NCBI RefSeq assembly: GCF_964204645.1
Contig: NC_134025.1
Span: 26,392,299 to 26,456,298, forward strand
Direction: 5' to 3'
DNA from: Tubulanus polymorphus
Lineage: Eukaryota; Animalia; Nemertea
DNA: 64,000 nt
Shown here: one piece after another, positions 25,814 to 39,744 of the stretch
Position numbering within the stretch: position 1 is the first letter of the stretch
How the letters are laid out: every line of letters starts with the position of its first letter
Program-made: the position numbers and the translations under genes
Notes under the pieces: generated by a model
Told to the model about the DNA's origin: nothing
The model's database searches: none
Seen by the model: the letters and a program-made list of their open reading frames with translations, nothing else

Positions 25814-26819
25814 GTAAGTATCATTTATCTTAAGAGAAACGAGCGTAATTCTACGAAAAAAGTAACAACAGCTTTCTTGAGATAGATAGCGCAAGTGAAT
25901 GCGCTGGTTTTGCGCGCGAAGACTGCTGCATTATTGATACTGATCGCTAACTTTCTCCCGAAACACCAGGCGGCGCGCTGGTTGCCAACAATTTCTGCTA
26001 GATATGCATTTATTTGGAGACAATTTTTTTCTCACTGAAAACGTTTTCCTATATGTAATCTTTTTTTCGCGTAGGATTTTCTGTGATTTTTTTTTCAGCT
26101 TAAATAGAATATAATTATGATTATTATTATTATTAAATAAGTCACTGGAAAACGATGACTTAGAACTTCAACTTTAGACACGAGGTATAGCGTGCAAAGT
26201 AACAGGTGATTTTAAAAGCAATTACGAAGTAAAGATTGAGAGCAATTTGTCAGCACGTCAAAAATCTGAGCATCATACTGTGGTTCTTCACAACAGACGG
26301 CGAGACATCTTCAATTCGCTCTCGGTTTTCCTTCCTCTCCTATCTAATTGCCCGGTAATTATTACATCGTCTATTCTGACTTAGTTAATTATTTCTAAGT
26401 AATCTCATCTGTTTCGGGCACCTTGCTGTGGCTTGCTGTCGAGATTTCTTCGTTACACATTCTGAGTTAATCTCATGTTCTTTTCTGTAGATCATTCGTG
26501 ATTAATTTCCAATATGAAAGGTCAAAAATATTTCTCAAACACTTTCATTGACCCCCACCCGTACAAAAGTACCCCCATCAACCAACGTATTGTTGGCCTA
26601 CCTTTTATTGAAAATCGTTGAGATTCAATAGATCGCTAGAATTCAATAAAGACGATCGTGTGTCTATTGTATAAAATCACGTAAATCTGAGGATATTTAG
26701 AGTGGGATGATATTAGGATACTGTAATTCAATATTTTGTATCAGTGTTTGATGTAATTTTGGATATCTCTCGTCCACTCAGTACAGCCATTCTTTAAGTG
26801 AAAATTCTTTTATCAGAAA

Positions 26820-26934
26820 AGTACATGTACGTAGATTTTTCCTTAACCCCGCTCCCCCGTACGAAATTGGTACATCATTTGTTTACCCCCCCCCCCCAAA
26901 AAAAAACCCCGTATGTACTATTTGAACGCTCTCC
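26820..26934. mobile_element. MITE right-end remnant (poly-C tracts, GTACTATTTGAACGCTCTCC)
   Basis: CCCCCGTACG..., C-run, then GTATGTACTATTTGAACGCTCTCC, resembling termini of GGGGCGTTCA..GTACGT-type non-autonomous elements; the left end was not identified. Confidence 0.35.
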
Positions 26935-29900
26935 AGGGACTCTTTGACACAGCTCACTAATGGCATGCATTTCACCTCGCATCACTAATTTCAGTGCCAC
27001 GTCAACGTGACGCCCTGCGCGTACGCTGTACATCCATTATTTATGTTACTGGCCACTGTCCCTATCGCTATGTCATAATCGAAACAACGTTTAGTTCCCA
27101 CATATCGAGTGGTTATCGGTACCAGCTATTGTCACCTCCGGATGTACACAACTTACCACCGAATTGCTATAGATTTATCATGGCAGACTCTAGGGCCCCT
27201 GATTTCAGTTGTTTATGCGAAACAATGGACATTGTCTACTCGTTATTAGCACAAAAGTGGCGTGACCACTATATATAATTGAAGTTTGGTAGAATAAGTT
27301 ATGTTTGGTAAACCGATTGTTATTTTACTTTCAAATAAGCTATTATACAATTTTGCTATTTCTTACTAATGAAAATAATACATTATCGCTTCGTGACATT
27401 TCCTTGGAATGTAAACAGACTTTCTACTCCGGTATACGTCTTAGTCTAATAGAGCTGTCTTGGTGGTTTTTTTTATCCGCAGTCAGTCCAATAAGAGTCA
27501 CGCCCAGGTTTATGTGTCTGATAGAGGACACGATACGTTCTTATTTGAAATCCTGCGGCTTTTCCGTCGGTAAAATCACATTATCTCCATTGCGCACAGC
27601 GATAATCAAATATCTCGGAAATAAACTAGGCGTGTTAAGAATGAAAATACCAGTGGCCACTTTCGACAGGAAACGTAGACATTTGACATTACAATGAAAG
27701 CGATACGTATGTATTTCATTGCCTTTGTTATATGAATCGTATCCATACGAATATATCCATATGTAGGCCTAATGTGCTGTATCATTAAACCCGTCGCTAA
27801 ATCTTTTTTTCTCGACGACGGTAGAACAATAATGGTGTATAGCCTATATTCATCGGTCGGAAGCTGCCCTTGGTTGTCATGTGATTTAGTCGCGTGACAA
27901 CGCCATATTGGGTGAACTTCGGCTGCCGGAGCTCGGAGTAATCAGACTGATTACTCCTACGTCGGAGTTTGTCGACTATTTGTGAACTAAATGAAACCGA
28001 ACGCCAGTTAGTCGGAACTGTAGTTCGAAAAAAGCGAACCACGCGACTGAGCACGGTCGCTGTAGTTCGGTGCTATTTCCAAGATGGCCGACACTGTGAC
28101 CGTGCTATAGCGCGTTCGATTATTGGCTCCTACCACGTGACTATGTCGACTGGTACGAAATCCGAAGTTCGCCCGGCTGTCGAACAACATCGACTTTTTG
28201 CCAAACCGTCCCATGACCCACGAGGCGTCATAGTTACACAATAAATCATTTTATGTAATAATCAAGTCTCTAGTCTCTAAATTTATTTTTCTGATCTGTG
28301 AAAAAAATTTATTCTATGAAATGACGACAAATTTATCTGCGTGGATGACGGAGATGTGAAAGTGTCGCTTGATTAATCAGTGTTTACCCAATACATCTCT
28401 AAAATTAATTCAAGTGTGCACTCAAATTGGCTCATTTGACCTTTGGGTTTTGTTTGACTTTTTTCTATAAACCTATTTAATTTGGGAGTAGATTGAATCA
28501 GGGCAACCTAATCCCATTCATGTTACCAATGTACAGACTAGAGTCAACCTATCTCGTCGGAAATGATCCCAACAAAAAGTAAATGTTACTCGTCGTCGAA
28601 GAAGATGCAGCCATCTTGTAATGATTTTTGCGAATAGCTTTTAAGGGGGTTTTGAGAGATTATTAACTAATGCTCGGTCATACGAAAACTGCGCAAATCA
28701 TTTCCTCTCTATCTGTTATCTATGTTCAAATCCGCGTGGACTAAAATCGATATCAACGACATCCGCGTGAATTTTGATATATACGAAAAGAGAAATATAC
28801 ATTGTAGTTTGTATCAAGATGAACGATTCCCCGTGACTACGACGTGAATAGGCATTAATCGCTTTAATTTTTTTTTCATTTGGAAATAAATTGAATTTCA
28901 AATCAAAATACGTACGACAGTATTACGCTATTCACCCTAAACCTCGCATGAGAAATTGATCGAGCAATTATATTTTTTCCGACATGTAACATATATTCAG
29001 CCAGCCGACCAAATGTACATGTCAATAATGATCGACCCAAAAATGTGACAGAACTATTTCTTTGCCAATAACGTATAACCTGATTATCTGGTTACGCCTG
29101 TCTCTCATATAGGAGTATAGTTGGGATAATCCGACACATATTATATCATATATTGTAGACTCGCTTTGATAGAAAGCTGTCCGCATCAGAAGCATTGATG
29201 TGATATATATATAATTTATATATACATGCATTTTCATAGAAACTCGCTATGATTATTACACGTGTTGCACGCGTAAATAAAGCTGTTGAAAATGTAAAGG
29301 GCGGCCAGCAGCTTTGCAAACAAATATCCATAATCGGGCGGCCATAATACAGCTGTCTCCTGCTAATTCCTGTATCAAACTGAAGATGAAGGGTTGCGAG
29401 TGTATGAACGTTTTTTCAACATCTAGATTATCTGATTGGCAATATTTTCTTTCTCCGTATAGATTTCCACGAATCGGAAGTTTAGAAATCGTCATATCGC
29501 CGTTATTTATCGCTTCGTAATGAAAGGTTCATCCGCTTTTGAACTATCGAAATTGTTTCTCAGAAAAAATACATATTCGAGATATGAATGTAATAGTATA
29601 ACAATATTCAGAATAATGAGACGATCACGCATTCAAAATGTCATCTACCTAAAAATTAGATCCACCGGCCCGATAGAAAAATGTTCCGCTTGAATAAAAT
29701 AGGTATCCTTTTCTTATCAAATCACCAGTTTTTTTGTGAATGGTTCAGCGAAAAGGTATGTTGAGTATGAAATTTGCTCGGGGAACTGTGTGAGACTAAA
29801 AACATTATTTAGCCCAAAAGGTGCCAATATGAATAATATTTACACTGGGATCTCGTGGAGAATTTCACGCGTTCGCGTAAACAAAACAGCGAAAATGATC

Positions 29901-31819
29901 AGTTGAAAGTATTCAAATAAATGTTCAAAACCACCGACATAAAGATCACAAATATGTTAACAACAGGAAAGATGTTTCGAGTCACCACGTTCAGATAAAA
30001 GCAAATAACATGTTTTCGCGTGATTGTTTACCTCACCAAATAAATGAATTGAACATTTGTCGCAACGCGGACCGACTCAACGTAATTTCCCTTACAACTA
30101 CCGATCTTAAGTTCTATTTGCATTTAGATTAATTTGAAATCTGTCCGATCGACGTTATGGGTTATAGATGTGGCAATAAACTGGTCGTATCACCGTATCG
30201 ATCTAAAGCGCACCAGAGCACCGCATATTAACTTTTTTCGTGTCACGAAATGAATGGATCATTTTTCATACGGATTAGATTCATTTTCAATGACGGCCGC
30301 ATTCAATTCATTCAATTGAAAACCCGGGAAGAGATGTAGGAAAATATTACGTTTGATGGGATTTATATATTACATATGATGGGATTATGATGGAACAGGT
30401 GTCGAATAGCCTAGCCTCTACGCAATTTCGAATCCGGTCGTCAATAATTGATTTATTTTGCAAATAGTTAAACCTAAGCCTTCACATATAACTATACTTT
30501 ATAAAATGTATGTTGGGGGCGTCTATCAGTTGTCATATGCCTGACAGTTCGTAATTCGTTTATTTCACGGAGAGTGTTTTAGTGGAGCGGAGTGGAATGA
30601 CGGGCGTATACACATTCTGTAGGTACGTACAGCTGTATGGTTGATGTAAACGTCCACAGCGCGAAATCGTTTGATCGAATTTAAGAACAGAATTATAGTC
30701 GGAACGCAGGCGCCATTAAATACTTAAAAGCGCCATATTACGAGTGATCAATTGGTATATATGGACAATCAGAAGAGCATGTGTTCCGCGAATCGAACTG
30801 CTGTGTTTATATGAATGTGTATACCTGAATGACAATTATCAATCAGTACCAAGCTGCAAGATATTCCGATTGTTCATTACGGTGGACATTTGCCAAGTTC
30901 TTCGAAAGTGTGTTTGTAAAACGTCACGTCACGATGTTTCGTCTGACGGCGCTGAGGCTACCCGAAATCAAACGTGAGGAGCGACGAGCGCATCTTCGTG
31001 AAGTATCATGATTTCACAACCTGCGGATAAACAAATGGATGCAATACGCGTATGAAACTTTACACCTTTCTACGTGAAGAGGGCAACATCAGCAGCAACA
31101 ATAACATCATCATTTGTCATAATGAAGCGCTTATACGCGTGTTACTCATGTAGAATTCACCAGTAAAGGGTGTGTTGACAATACTAGTAAAACTGGCTGT
31201 ATCTAGTTTACCAGAATACGGACATCATTCACTCGCGCACCGTTCACCTTGACTCACGGAATTAGAGACGAAACGAGAAAAAAACGCTGCCTCAAAAATT
31301 GGATCTTAAATAGTATAGAAGAAAAGCGAAGCAAGTAACGTTGGCGTTGTGTTTATACAGCTATCGCGTACGAGAGTTAGATATAACATCGATATTTTCA
31401 GGTGCATATTGCACATGTCGTCTGCGATCACATGTTTACTAAACAGCATTGACATTATCATCTGCATCTGTATGTGAAATTTGATGTTCGCAATTATCAG
31501 TTTGGTGGTCTGCTAATAATGAGGTATTAAAAGCGTTTGCTTATCCGCCATACTTTCGTTGAAAGCTCGTAAGACGGTATACGGATTATCTGTGGAAGCA
31601 GATTTTTAAATCCTGCTTTGATAAACTGTTACGAATCATCGCCCGAAACCACGATGAACGATGATAATCTTTCCGCATTTCAATGGAGGAAATCAAGAAA
31701 AAAGTAACGTTAGATGAACATTATTTAGTATGAATAGCATCAAGTAGACGGATTCGTGGATATATATTTATGAAAGACACGGATATATTGTGTTTTAGTT
31801 CATAGAGAAACTTATAAAT

Positions 31820-31928
31820 ATGTCATCAGGACGCGTGCCACCATCCCCGGGACAGGCGTCTCAACAACGCATGTTCAAAAAGACGAAGAGCGCCACTTTT
31901 ACTTTAGATGGCACTTCTTATACTATCG
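31820..31928 (+). CDS. PDE1: PDE1 (Ca2+/calmodulin-dependent 3',5'-cyclic nucleotide phosphodiesterase) N-terminal exon, MSSGRVPPSPGQASQQRMFKKTKSATFTLDGTSYTI; may extend 5' to the acceptor at 31805/31806
   Basis: FKKTKSATFTLDGTSYTI closely matches FKKCRSATFSIDGYSFTI, which I recall from the long N-terminal isoform of vertebrate PDE1C. Consensus donor G|GTAAGT in phase 1. Too short for the ORF track; the catalytic domain is not in the window. Confidence 0.72.
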
Positions 31929-32798
31929 GTAAGTGAAAATACACTTACTGTTTACACTGACCGTGACCAAGTTCCATATTTATGTTGTGGTTGGTGGTGA
32001 TATTCTGTTCAATAAGTTTTTGTTCGAATTTACGTAAAATTGGTGGCAGAAATGTTCACTTTAATAACGCAAAGTAAAAAGTGATAGAAACCGTTCATAT
32101 GAAGAAAGTAAAATATTTCCTCTCGTTTAAATCAACAGTCATTATCAGTTCGAATGAAAGTTAAGTTTTATTTCATGGCAAACAGTCGCCTTATCTGATT
32201 CTGTTCGGCTATCAATGCAGACATTTTCACATCAAATCTTTCCCGTTGTATTCATACTATGCTTCACATTGGCATAAACTACGGTTAACATCGTGCTAAA
32301 CCGTAAATTCTTTCACTTCACTACTCAATAACATAAACCCGAATGGCGATACTGCATTTCACTTTTCGCTATTCGCCAGTATTTTTCTGGTTCGTCTGCG
32401 ACTAGCGATAGAAAGGATGGTTAGATGATTAACATCGGCGACATTGGCCCTGGATTAATTAGGTAAAAGGTTACTTCTCACAAAAGTGACAAGAATTATG
32501 ATTTTTATTTTGTCCATATACTGGAATTTCGTTCTTCTAGACGATGTTATAAATTCAAGCGCATCGCATTCTTCATTTCGAAGAAAATAAACTAATGTCA
32601 CGCTGTCCATGCGTGATTGATGACCGGAAGTGTTTGCACCGAGCCGTTCTACCCATCTTCAATTAGAGGAAGCCGCAAAACTGAAAGCTACGGAAGGCCA
32701 GTGTTGTTGTCTTTAACAAACGATGAAATGAAATAAAAGTTTCACGACTCGGTTATATAGGCCTATACTAATTTCGGAGAAAGGCATCTTCTGAATAA

Positions 32799-32929
32799 CA
32801 GTAAAATCCGCTTAATTCGGATAATTTAAGACCAACAAAATCCACCCGATTCATTTTCTTGTATATCAATGAGCAAATGGACTGCAAATATTGTCAAGAT
32901 TAGTCCAAAATCCGGATTAAGTTTTATTG
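32799..32929. mobile_element. Tc1/mariner (pogo/Tigger-like) MITE
   Basis: CAGTAAAATCCGCTTAATTCGGA ... TCCGGATTAAG(gap)TTTTATTG followed by TA. Confidence 0.6.
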
Positions 32930-34022
32930 TAGTATGTGGCACCTTTGTCCTGCAGTGGCTAGGCACGTTGATTATGTGTGTGCATATGCGCATCTTCTGG
33001 CTCTAATCACCAGTGACTGCGTGCTACTATTCCACGTCCAGTCGATTATGAACTTAATCTATTGATGACTATTCGATTGTCAGTGATGGATAGTTATTTA
33101 AGTGTCGAACATACTGCATGTACTGTGTACACGGTCAATCACGTGTGTCTGCGCTATTCTGATCGATATATGCCACTTCTAGTTTAGTTTTATGAAGAAA
33201 TTGAGAAGCTATCAAATTCGGCTGTAATATATTATGAAATGAAAGTATGCTTCACATATTGTAATCGAAAACATGATACCGACTGAAATAATCAGACGCC
33301 GTTATCCCCAATATGAACGCAAGCAAGCTTTCGACAGTTGACTCAAGACGTGGGCCGAAACGTCATCGTTTGAATAGAATTCGATATTAATTTATTCGTA
33401 TATTTTCGACGATATATTTATGAGTGCCTACTCACTGTCAGATATATCGAAAAACATATCGTTGCATTTTTGTATGGAATGATTGTCTGCCTCCGTCGCT
33501 ATGATGCAGACAAAAATTATAGATTTTCATTAATCATACTTCGATCAGGTCTTTTGTGATATTTTTCTGCATATTTCAATCAGCTTGACATTCCCTGAAA
33601 CAATATTCAACGTCATTTCTATCCATCGAAACTGCACTAGATATTTTTACCATCGTAAGGCGGTGCTGCTGAACTGCAATTGCGGGTCGCTGTTTATAAA
33701 TATACCGCGCCTACAGGAACAATTTAAGCGCTCGATGCTTTTATCTAAAAATAAATCCGAAAATGATACACCCTAATATATATTTTTATTCCTTTCATCT
33801 CGAAAACAATATTTTCCAATTTAGGAAATCTTTGTTCTTGTCTATCTTTACATACAGCTTTTCGGGTTTGAGTTTGCGCCGGGGGCAGGTTCGACAAGTC
33901 ATAAAACTATCGTTTAGGTCCAAGAACTTTCCTCAAAGCTGAAGACAAGAAAAACATGTGAAATCGTGATCGAAACGTGGCTGTAAAAACCCCAATTCCC
34001 GTAATAGTGTTCATAAGTTTAA

Positions 34023-34173
34023 CAGTTGAACCCCGTTAATATGAATTTGTTAAACACGAAAGCCGTTATTACGATGATTTCCAGTAAGTCTCAATCAAGC
34101 TTTGGATACAAAACCCGTTTAATACAACATTTCCACTTTTGTCCACAAGATTCGTATTGACGAGGTTCCACCG
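34023..34173. mobile_element. Tc1/mariner (pogo/Tigger-like) MITE
   Basis: TIRs CAGTTGAACCCCGTTAATATGAA and TTCGTATTGACGAGGTTCCACCG (18/23 complementary); TA at the right flank. Confidence 0.75.
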
Positions 34174-36730
34174 TATGACGTTACTTCCGTCGCTGAACGT
34201 GGATGAGAAATAATATGTTCGGAATTAAATGCCGCGTATATCCTTCTGACTTGGCAGATAGAACAGTATCGATATGTCACTTTTGACGTTCAGCCTCCAT
34301 TACTGACCATTACTGGTGTCAGAATGAACGCCGATATGTAAAAGATTGTCAACTAACGAACACGGAAACATGATTCATTTGCAATTACACATATATACAT
34401 GGTACTAGTATTAAAACGATCGTAAAGAACAAGATATGAGCCGTGTCAAAACCTTTTGACAAAATCTATCACGCCGATATGTAGAAAGTGACGCCTTTAA
34501 CCCAGCGAAAATTAATCAAATTCGATTTTAATATATCGGCAGTTCAGGCAGTTTCCATATTCCCACAGGAGAATACACCTTGATAAAATAACCTTAGTCG
34601 TATAGATAGACATAACCGATGGCCACAAATGAACGAATCACTGAAATATGAAGAACGAAACGGACTGACATCAAATTCATGTGGCCATATTCGTAATGTC
34701 CGATGCGATAAATCATACCAATACGTTGTGTACAATTATGTGAATAGCAAGAATCATATGAATGTTACGCGGGTATTAACCCTGTGAGGGGCTCATATCA
34801 TCATACGTTTAAGCGACGCGAGATGGAATAAATCCTCGTTGATTTAGGATTCGATGACGAAGGTCAAATCTCGGTCGAACCGATGAGCGAGATTACACGA
34901 ATAGCGAACATTTTCTTTTCCGACAACAAATTTACGGCGTTTCATACGCCTGCGCGTGTCGTGTCTCGGTATGATTTATTCAAAGATAACGTCATCGCTC
35001 TAAACACAACGACCAAAACAAGTTCAAACATGGCGTTTCATTTCGTTAGTTAGAATTTGCCAACTATTTACTGCGAATTTGATAGCTGGTGATCTCGGTG
35101 TACACAGATTCAGGTGTTTATATCTATGTATAAACATAGACGGGTCGTGACTGGTTAATAAAATCATATACGCGTATTTGCAATAGTGCCCGAAATAGGT
35201 TTAAGTGCTTCCATGCTCCTTATCGGCGGTCTCGTTCTATTCTATACCGATGGTCGCTCAAGGACCCTATTTACAGTACGGCAACATGGCAAGAAACCAT
35301 TAAGTTTCTATTTTCAGCGTCGGTGACGTCATGAAGTGTCGCTAAGGATGCATTTAAGGTCGTGTGGCGAATCAAAGCAAATTTACAGAAATTAAAGGTG
35401 ATCTTCCACATCCTCGCACGCGTAACATAAAACAATCACGTAACTCAACGGTTGCAATGAGCAATAACTCCAAAAATAACGCGTATGAATTTGTGATGGA
35501 ACCAGATCAAAAACCGGGGAAATTCACGTATTGTATTCGTAGCTCAGGCGGCAGTGCGTACATATAAAAGCTAGAGCGTCACAGACACTCTTTTTACATC
35601 TGCAAAATCTTAAGAATATTATTGAGAATGATATATGGTGGTGAACGATGTTATTGAATAAATCTGTAACGGCATTAAGTGCCATTCAAAGTAAATGATA
35701 AATCCATTTGCGTTTTAACAACGCGTCGATAGTAATTTCTGGTGTTACCTGACAATATAGAGTTATTATAACTTAAAAGGGAATGATTGATATCGCTAGA
35801 AAAGCGCTGCCTTTGTAGACTTACCGTTGCATTTTTTCAACTAAATGTTTTGAATCATGATATTAGAAACGCTTACAGAATTCGTAGGCATTTAATGCCC
35901 CATTTCCCAAAACTGCAGCAACTGCACTTTCGATGACTGGCTGAAAGTGTACGATTTGATTATTATATGTTATGACGATATATTTATGGTGGCTGCTCTT
36001 GTGTCAGCACACTGGTATATTTCTATTCGTTTCGAGTGTTGACAGAGCCGGAGTCGCGGCAAAACTAATTACGTAAGGTAAACGTAACGGAAAAAAAATA
36101 AATTTACCTACACCGATCGACCAACGAAACTAGTGATCAATTTTCACCGTTGCTTTAGAAATTCTTTCCACTTTGCAGCATTGACGCGTTTGCTACATGG
36201 AAGCTTCATAAAGTCGTTTCCTGCGCAAATCGCCTGTGTATACACTATATAACCTTCGCAAAAATGAACTCTTTTTCTCATCTTGTGAAACGAATTTGTT
36301 ACATATTTCAGTCGCTGGACGGAAGACTACGCTTTCAGGTTTTTAAGGTCGTTTGATGATTCATATATTCATACGGGTAACAGGAAATGAATTACCTTTC
36401 CCGAAACAACGAAAAACGGAAATGACGTATTATTCGCGCCGTTCTTTCGAGCGAAAAGAAACCTGGATTTCTTTCTGTCGAAAACGAATCTCACTCGTTC
36501 GCGGTACTAGCAAAATACGAATTCGTAGAATGAACTTGAATCTGATTAATTAATGGTTTGTCCTTGAAATCTTTGCTACCCGTAGTCTAAGCGATGATTC
36601 TCACCCGGATTAGCGTATTTGCATCTTATCCATTATCTCCGACTTCCTTCATAAGCATCCGTTTCGAGTGATAACGGCATCAGTTAGCCCGATAATGACC
36701 CGCGAGTTTGCGCCTTCATATGAGAATTAG

Positions 36731-36750
36731 TATATATATATATATATATA
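36731..36750. repeat. (TA)10 microsatellite
   Basis: Direct reading. Confidence 0.9.
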
Positions 36751-39730
36751 GATAGAGCAGAGGATTCGAGTAACAGAACTACATAATGTATAATAGGACA
36801 AGGTTTACAGGTGTGCATGTATAACGCATAAAACATATTAATGTTGAATGTAAATCATGCGATGACTTCAAAGAAGATGTTCGTCTGATGTAACTTACGT
36901 ATACAAATGCACGTACATCTTCCTGTACCTCGGTTTTAGGTACTAGAAGTCGTTTAGCCTATCTTCCTATCACAAATTAGCATACATAATCGTATATATG
37001 AGACAGAATTTGTGTAAGGATTACAATGAGACATGATACACAGCCAGTTTCTATATTGCTAATGGTTAATAACCGTGAAGCCTATGGTTTGGTCAGTAAA
37101 GCCACATGCATATTCTCATATGATATTCATCCCCACCACAACCTGGTTTATGTCCATCCTGTTAACGCTAATCACGCGGACACGCCTCGTATATACATAT
37201 GATATAGTTTGTCCCGATACTTGATTGCGTTTGTGAGATGTTTAGGGCGGACACTATAGTCGTCGGTGTTATATTTGCCATATTCTGCGATAAAGATTCC
37301 ATCGCCGGCAGTGTTGCTGGAATCAGCAGTGTTGTCCGTTTCATTTCAGTATGACATTCTAAGAATTACAAAAAATGATTTCATAACTTATATACACTGA
37401 AAATAGGTCTTCTGATGTCACTTTCGTAAAAGATAGAAAAGCATATGGAAAACATTCTCCTATCTATGCGGACCACTCCTTTCAGCTGAAACGACCACGG
37501 GGACCTCTGGTTTGATGGTCTAGTGACCTTATTTTGATTTTGAGAAATTTATTTCCCGTTCGTGGTTTGGTTTAGAGCGAGCATTTAATCTCGGCCCGGA
37601 GACGGCTTCACGGGTCACAGTTGAGTAGATAATAGTCATGCTTCATATCACATCAATCACATCATGCATCTATTTACAACGTCATCGTAAAAACAGAAGA
37701 GGAGACTCGACCTTTTCGTTCTCTGCTTGTTTTTATTTTTTATGTACGGTGAAACAGGAAATAATTCGTATAGAATTATTTCCTTTCGATCGATTTTCTA
37801 TCGGCGTAGATCGAAATCAATTTCTTTCAGTATATTGTTGGTGCGTGGTGAGTTTCGGATGTTAACGACTGTGCGTCATACGGCCAATGCTTATGCGGTG
37901 ATGCGTTCTCCCGTCCAGGTTGGAATGACGAAAAAAATGTTTATGCATACATATGTATTTCTGTATCTCTCTGCGGTCATTCCCGGAATAAATGGTCAAC
38001 TAGCATCATGATGCAATTTTGAGCTATTCTGACCCTAACCGCACCCACCCTTTATCCTAACACGTGTTCACGTGCATGAGTGGGTTTGAGAATTGAATTA
38101 GATGAACAGATTTACCCGAAATTATCTAAACATTCGATTTTCTTTTTTTCATGCTATCTCCTCTTGTTTGGTCTGGATGAATCGATTGTCGCCTTGGTAT
38201 TGAATGTAGGTAAGTACATGCACTTTTCACTTTTGAACCAAGACAGTAAGCACCAGCAGCAGTATACTTTTTGCGGGCCAAAGCGTATCGAAATTCAAAG
38301 CAAATCTTAATCTAACGAATCGTCGACTTTTTATTGGCCATCTTTGTTAAAGGACACTCGTCCAATGATTTAGTTCTCACATTTTCTGAAAGATGGCAGA
38401 CTCGTGTTGCTGCTGTAACTGTGATGAGAAGCGGTAGCCGAGCAAGCGGGAACTCCGATTGATTTGATTCATTAGAACAATTCCATTTACTGATAATATA
38501 CTGTAGTCTGTTTTGTAGACAGCTGGATATCGAAATCTCTGCTACGCTGATTGAATAAGTATCATTTCGCTGATTCTATTTATTGGATTCGATATGATAT
38601 GGCGAATGTATTGAAATGCAATCACGAGAAATTTATCTAAAACTTTTCTAGCGTGCAATCAATCAATCTTGGTACGAAAATGTCACCTATAAGGAAGCTA
38701 TAATAATGTGCGTAAAAACTTGTTTATGACTTGAATGATAAAAGATGATTTTACGAACCACTCCTTCCTCTAATGCTGCTGCATATTTACCAATGGTTGT
38801 ATCTGCTTCTGTCAAAATTGTGACGGAAGAGAAATTACTAAAGAGTATCCAAACAACAAGCCAGCTATCAGATATTGACATGTCTTCGAAGATGTGACAA
38901 CTGATTGATGCCTAGCTGCAATTAGGTTGATATTGGACAGACATTTAGAGAGAAATCAAGAGCTGGTAATTTACAATTGATGGACCAGAGAAAGATTCAG
39001 GAATTAGTGTCGGTACAGCCAGTAATTGCCTTTGCCGTCGGAATATTCCAATGTCTCATGATATCTGTAACATCTATTCCATTTTGCGTCGTTGGCACTA
39101 TAAGCTACATGGTCTTTCATATTCTGAAGCAATGTTTTGATGCATTGTGAAAAATATTCTGAGAAAGGCTTTCTAAATACGTGTACGTTCATTATAACTT
39201 CCACATTACGGGGCTTTTAGTCCTCAGAACTAACTTAAATTTTCATGGTAATTCTGCATTTATTAGCTGCCCATTTAGATTTACTACCTTCCAGTAAACA
39301 ACAATTACCAGTCCGTTAAGGAAGTTTGAGGAAATTGATTTACCCTTCCAATGACACGGGAAAGATGTCTTCTCAATCGTCCTCATTTGCATTAATGGAC
39401 TTTTGGCTAATTAGTTTGTGCGTCGTCTCTTCCATAATACGCTAAATCCATTCATCAGCCCGAGTTGCCACAACCGCGAGGTTCAAAATGCCGAGTAAGA
39501 TAACATTTTTAATTACGTTCGAGCCATATTCATAAAGAACCCATCAGAAAATCTCTCAACCTAAATCCGAGGTCTTGGCAAAAATATTTTGTTTAATTAC
39601 TGAAATTCAAAATATTTCATCGATTATGAAGAATAAATGCTTCGAGGGTGAATATGTTAGGCGTTATTGAATTAAAAAATGTTTTACATTAGATTATAAA
39701 CTATGGCAATCACCTTTGGCAACGTATAAA

Positions 39731-39744
39731 GTTTCCATGGTTAC
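39731..39744. promoter_or_regulatory. RFX X-box-like element
   Basis: GTTTCCATGGTTAC. Confidence 0.4.

Noticed and set aside
27790-28250. GC/CpG-richer segment with overlapping ORFs on both strands and CAAGATGGCCG
   Set aside because: No recognisable protein; more likely internal sequence of a non-autonomous transposon or a regulatory element, and its termini could not be defined.
36312-36338. 27-nt phase-1 microexon VAGRKTTLS after a TTTCAG acceptor
   Set aside because: The donor GTTTTT is very weak and the similarity to PDE1C is only two residues.
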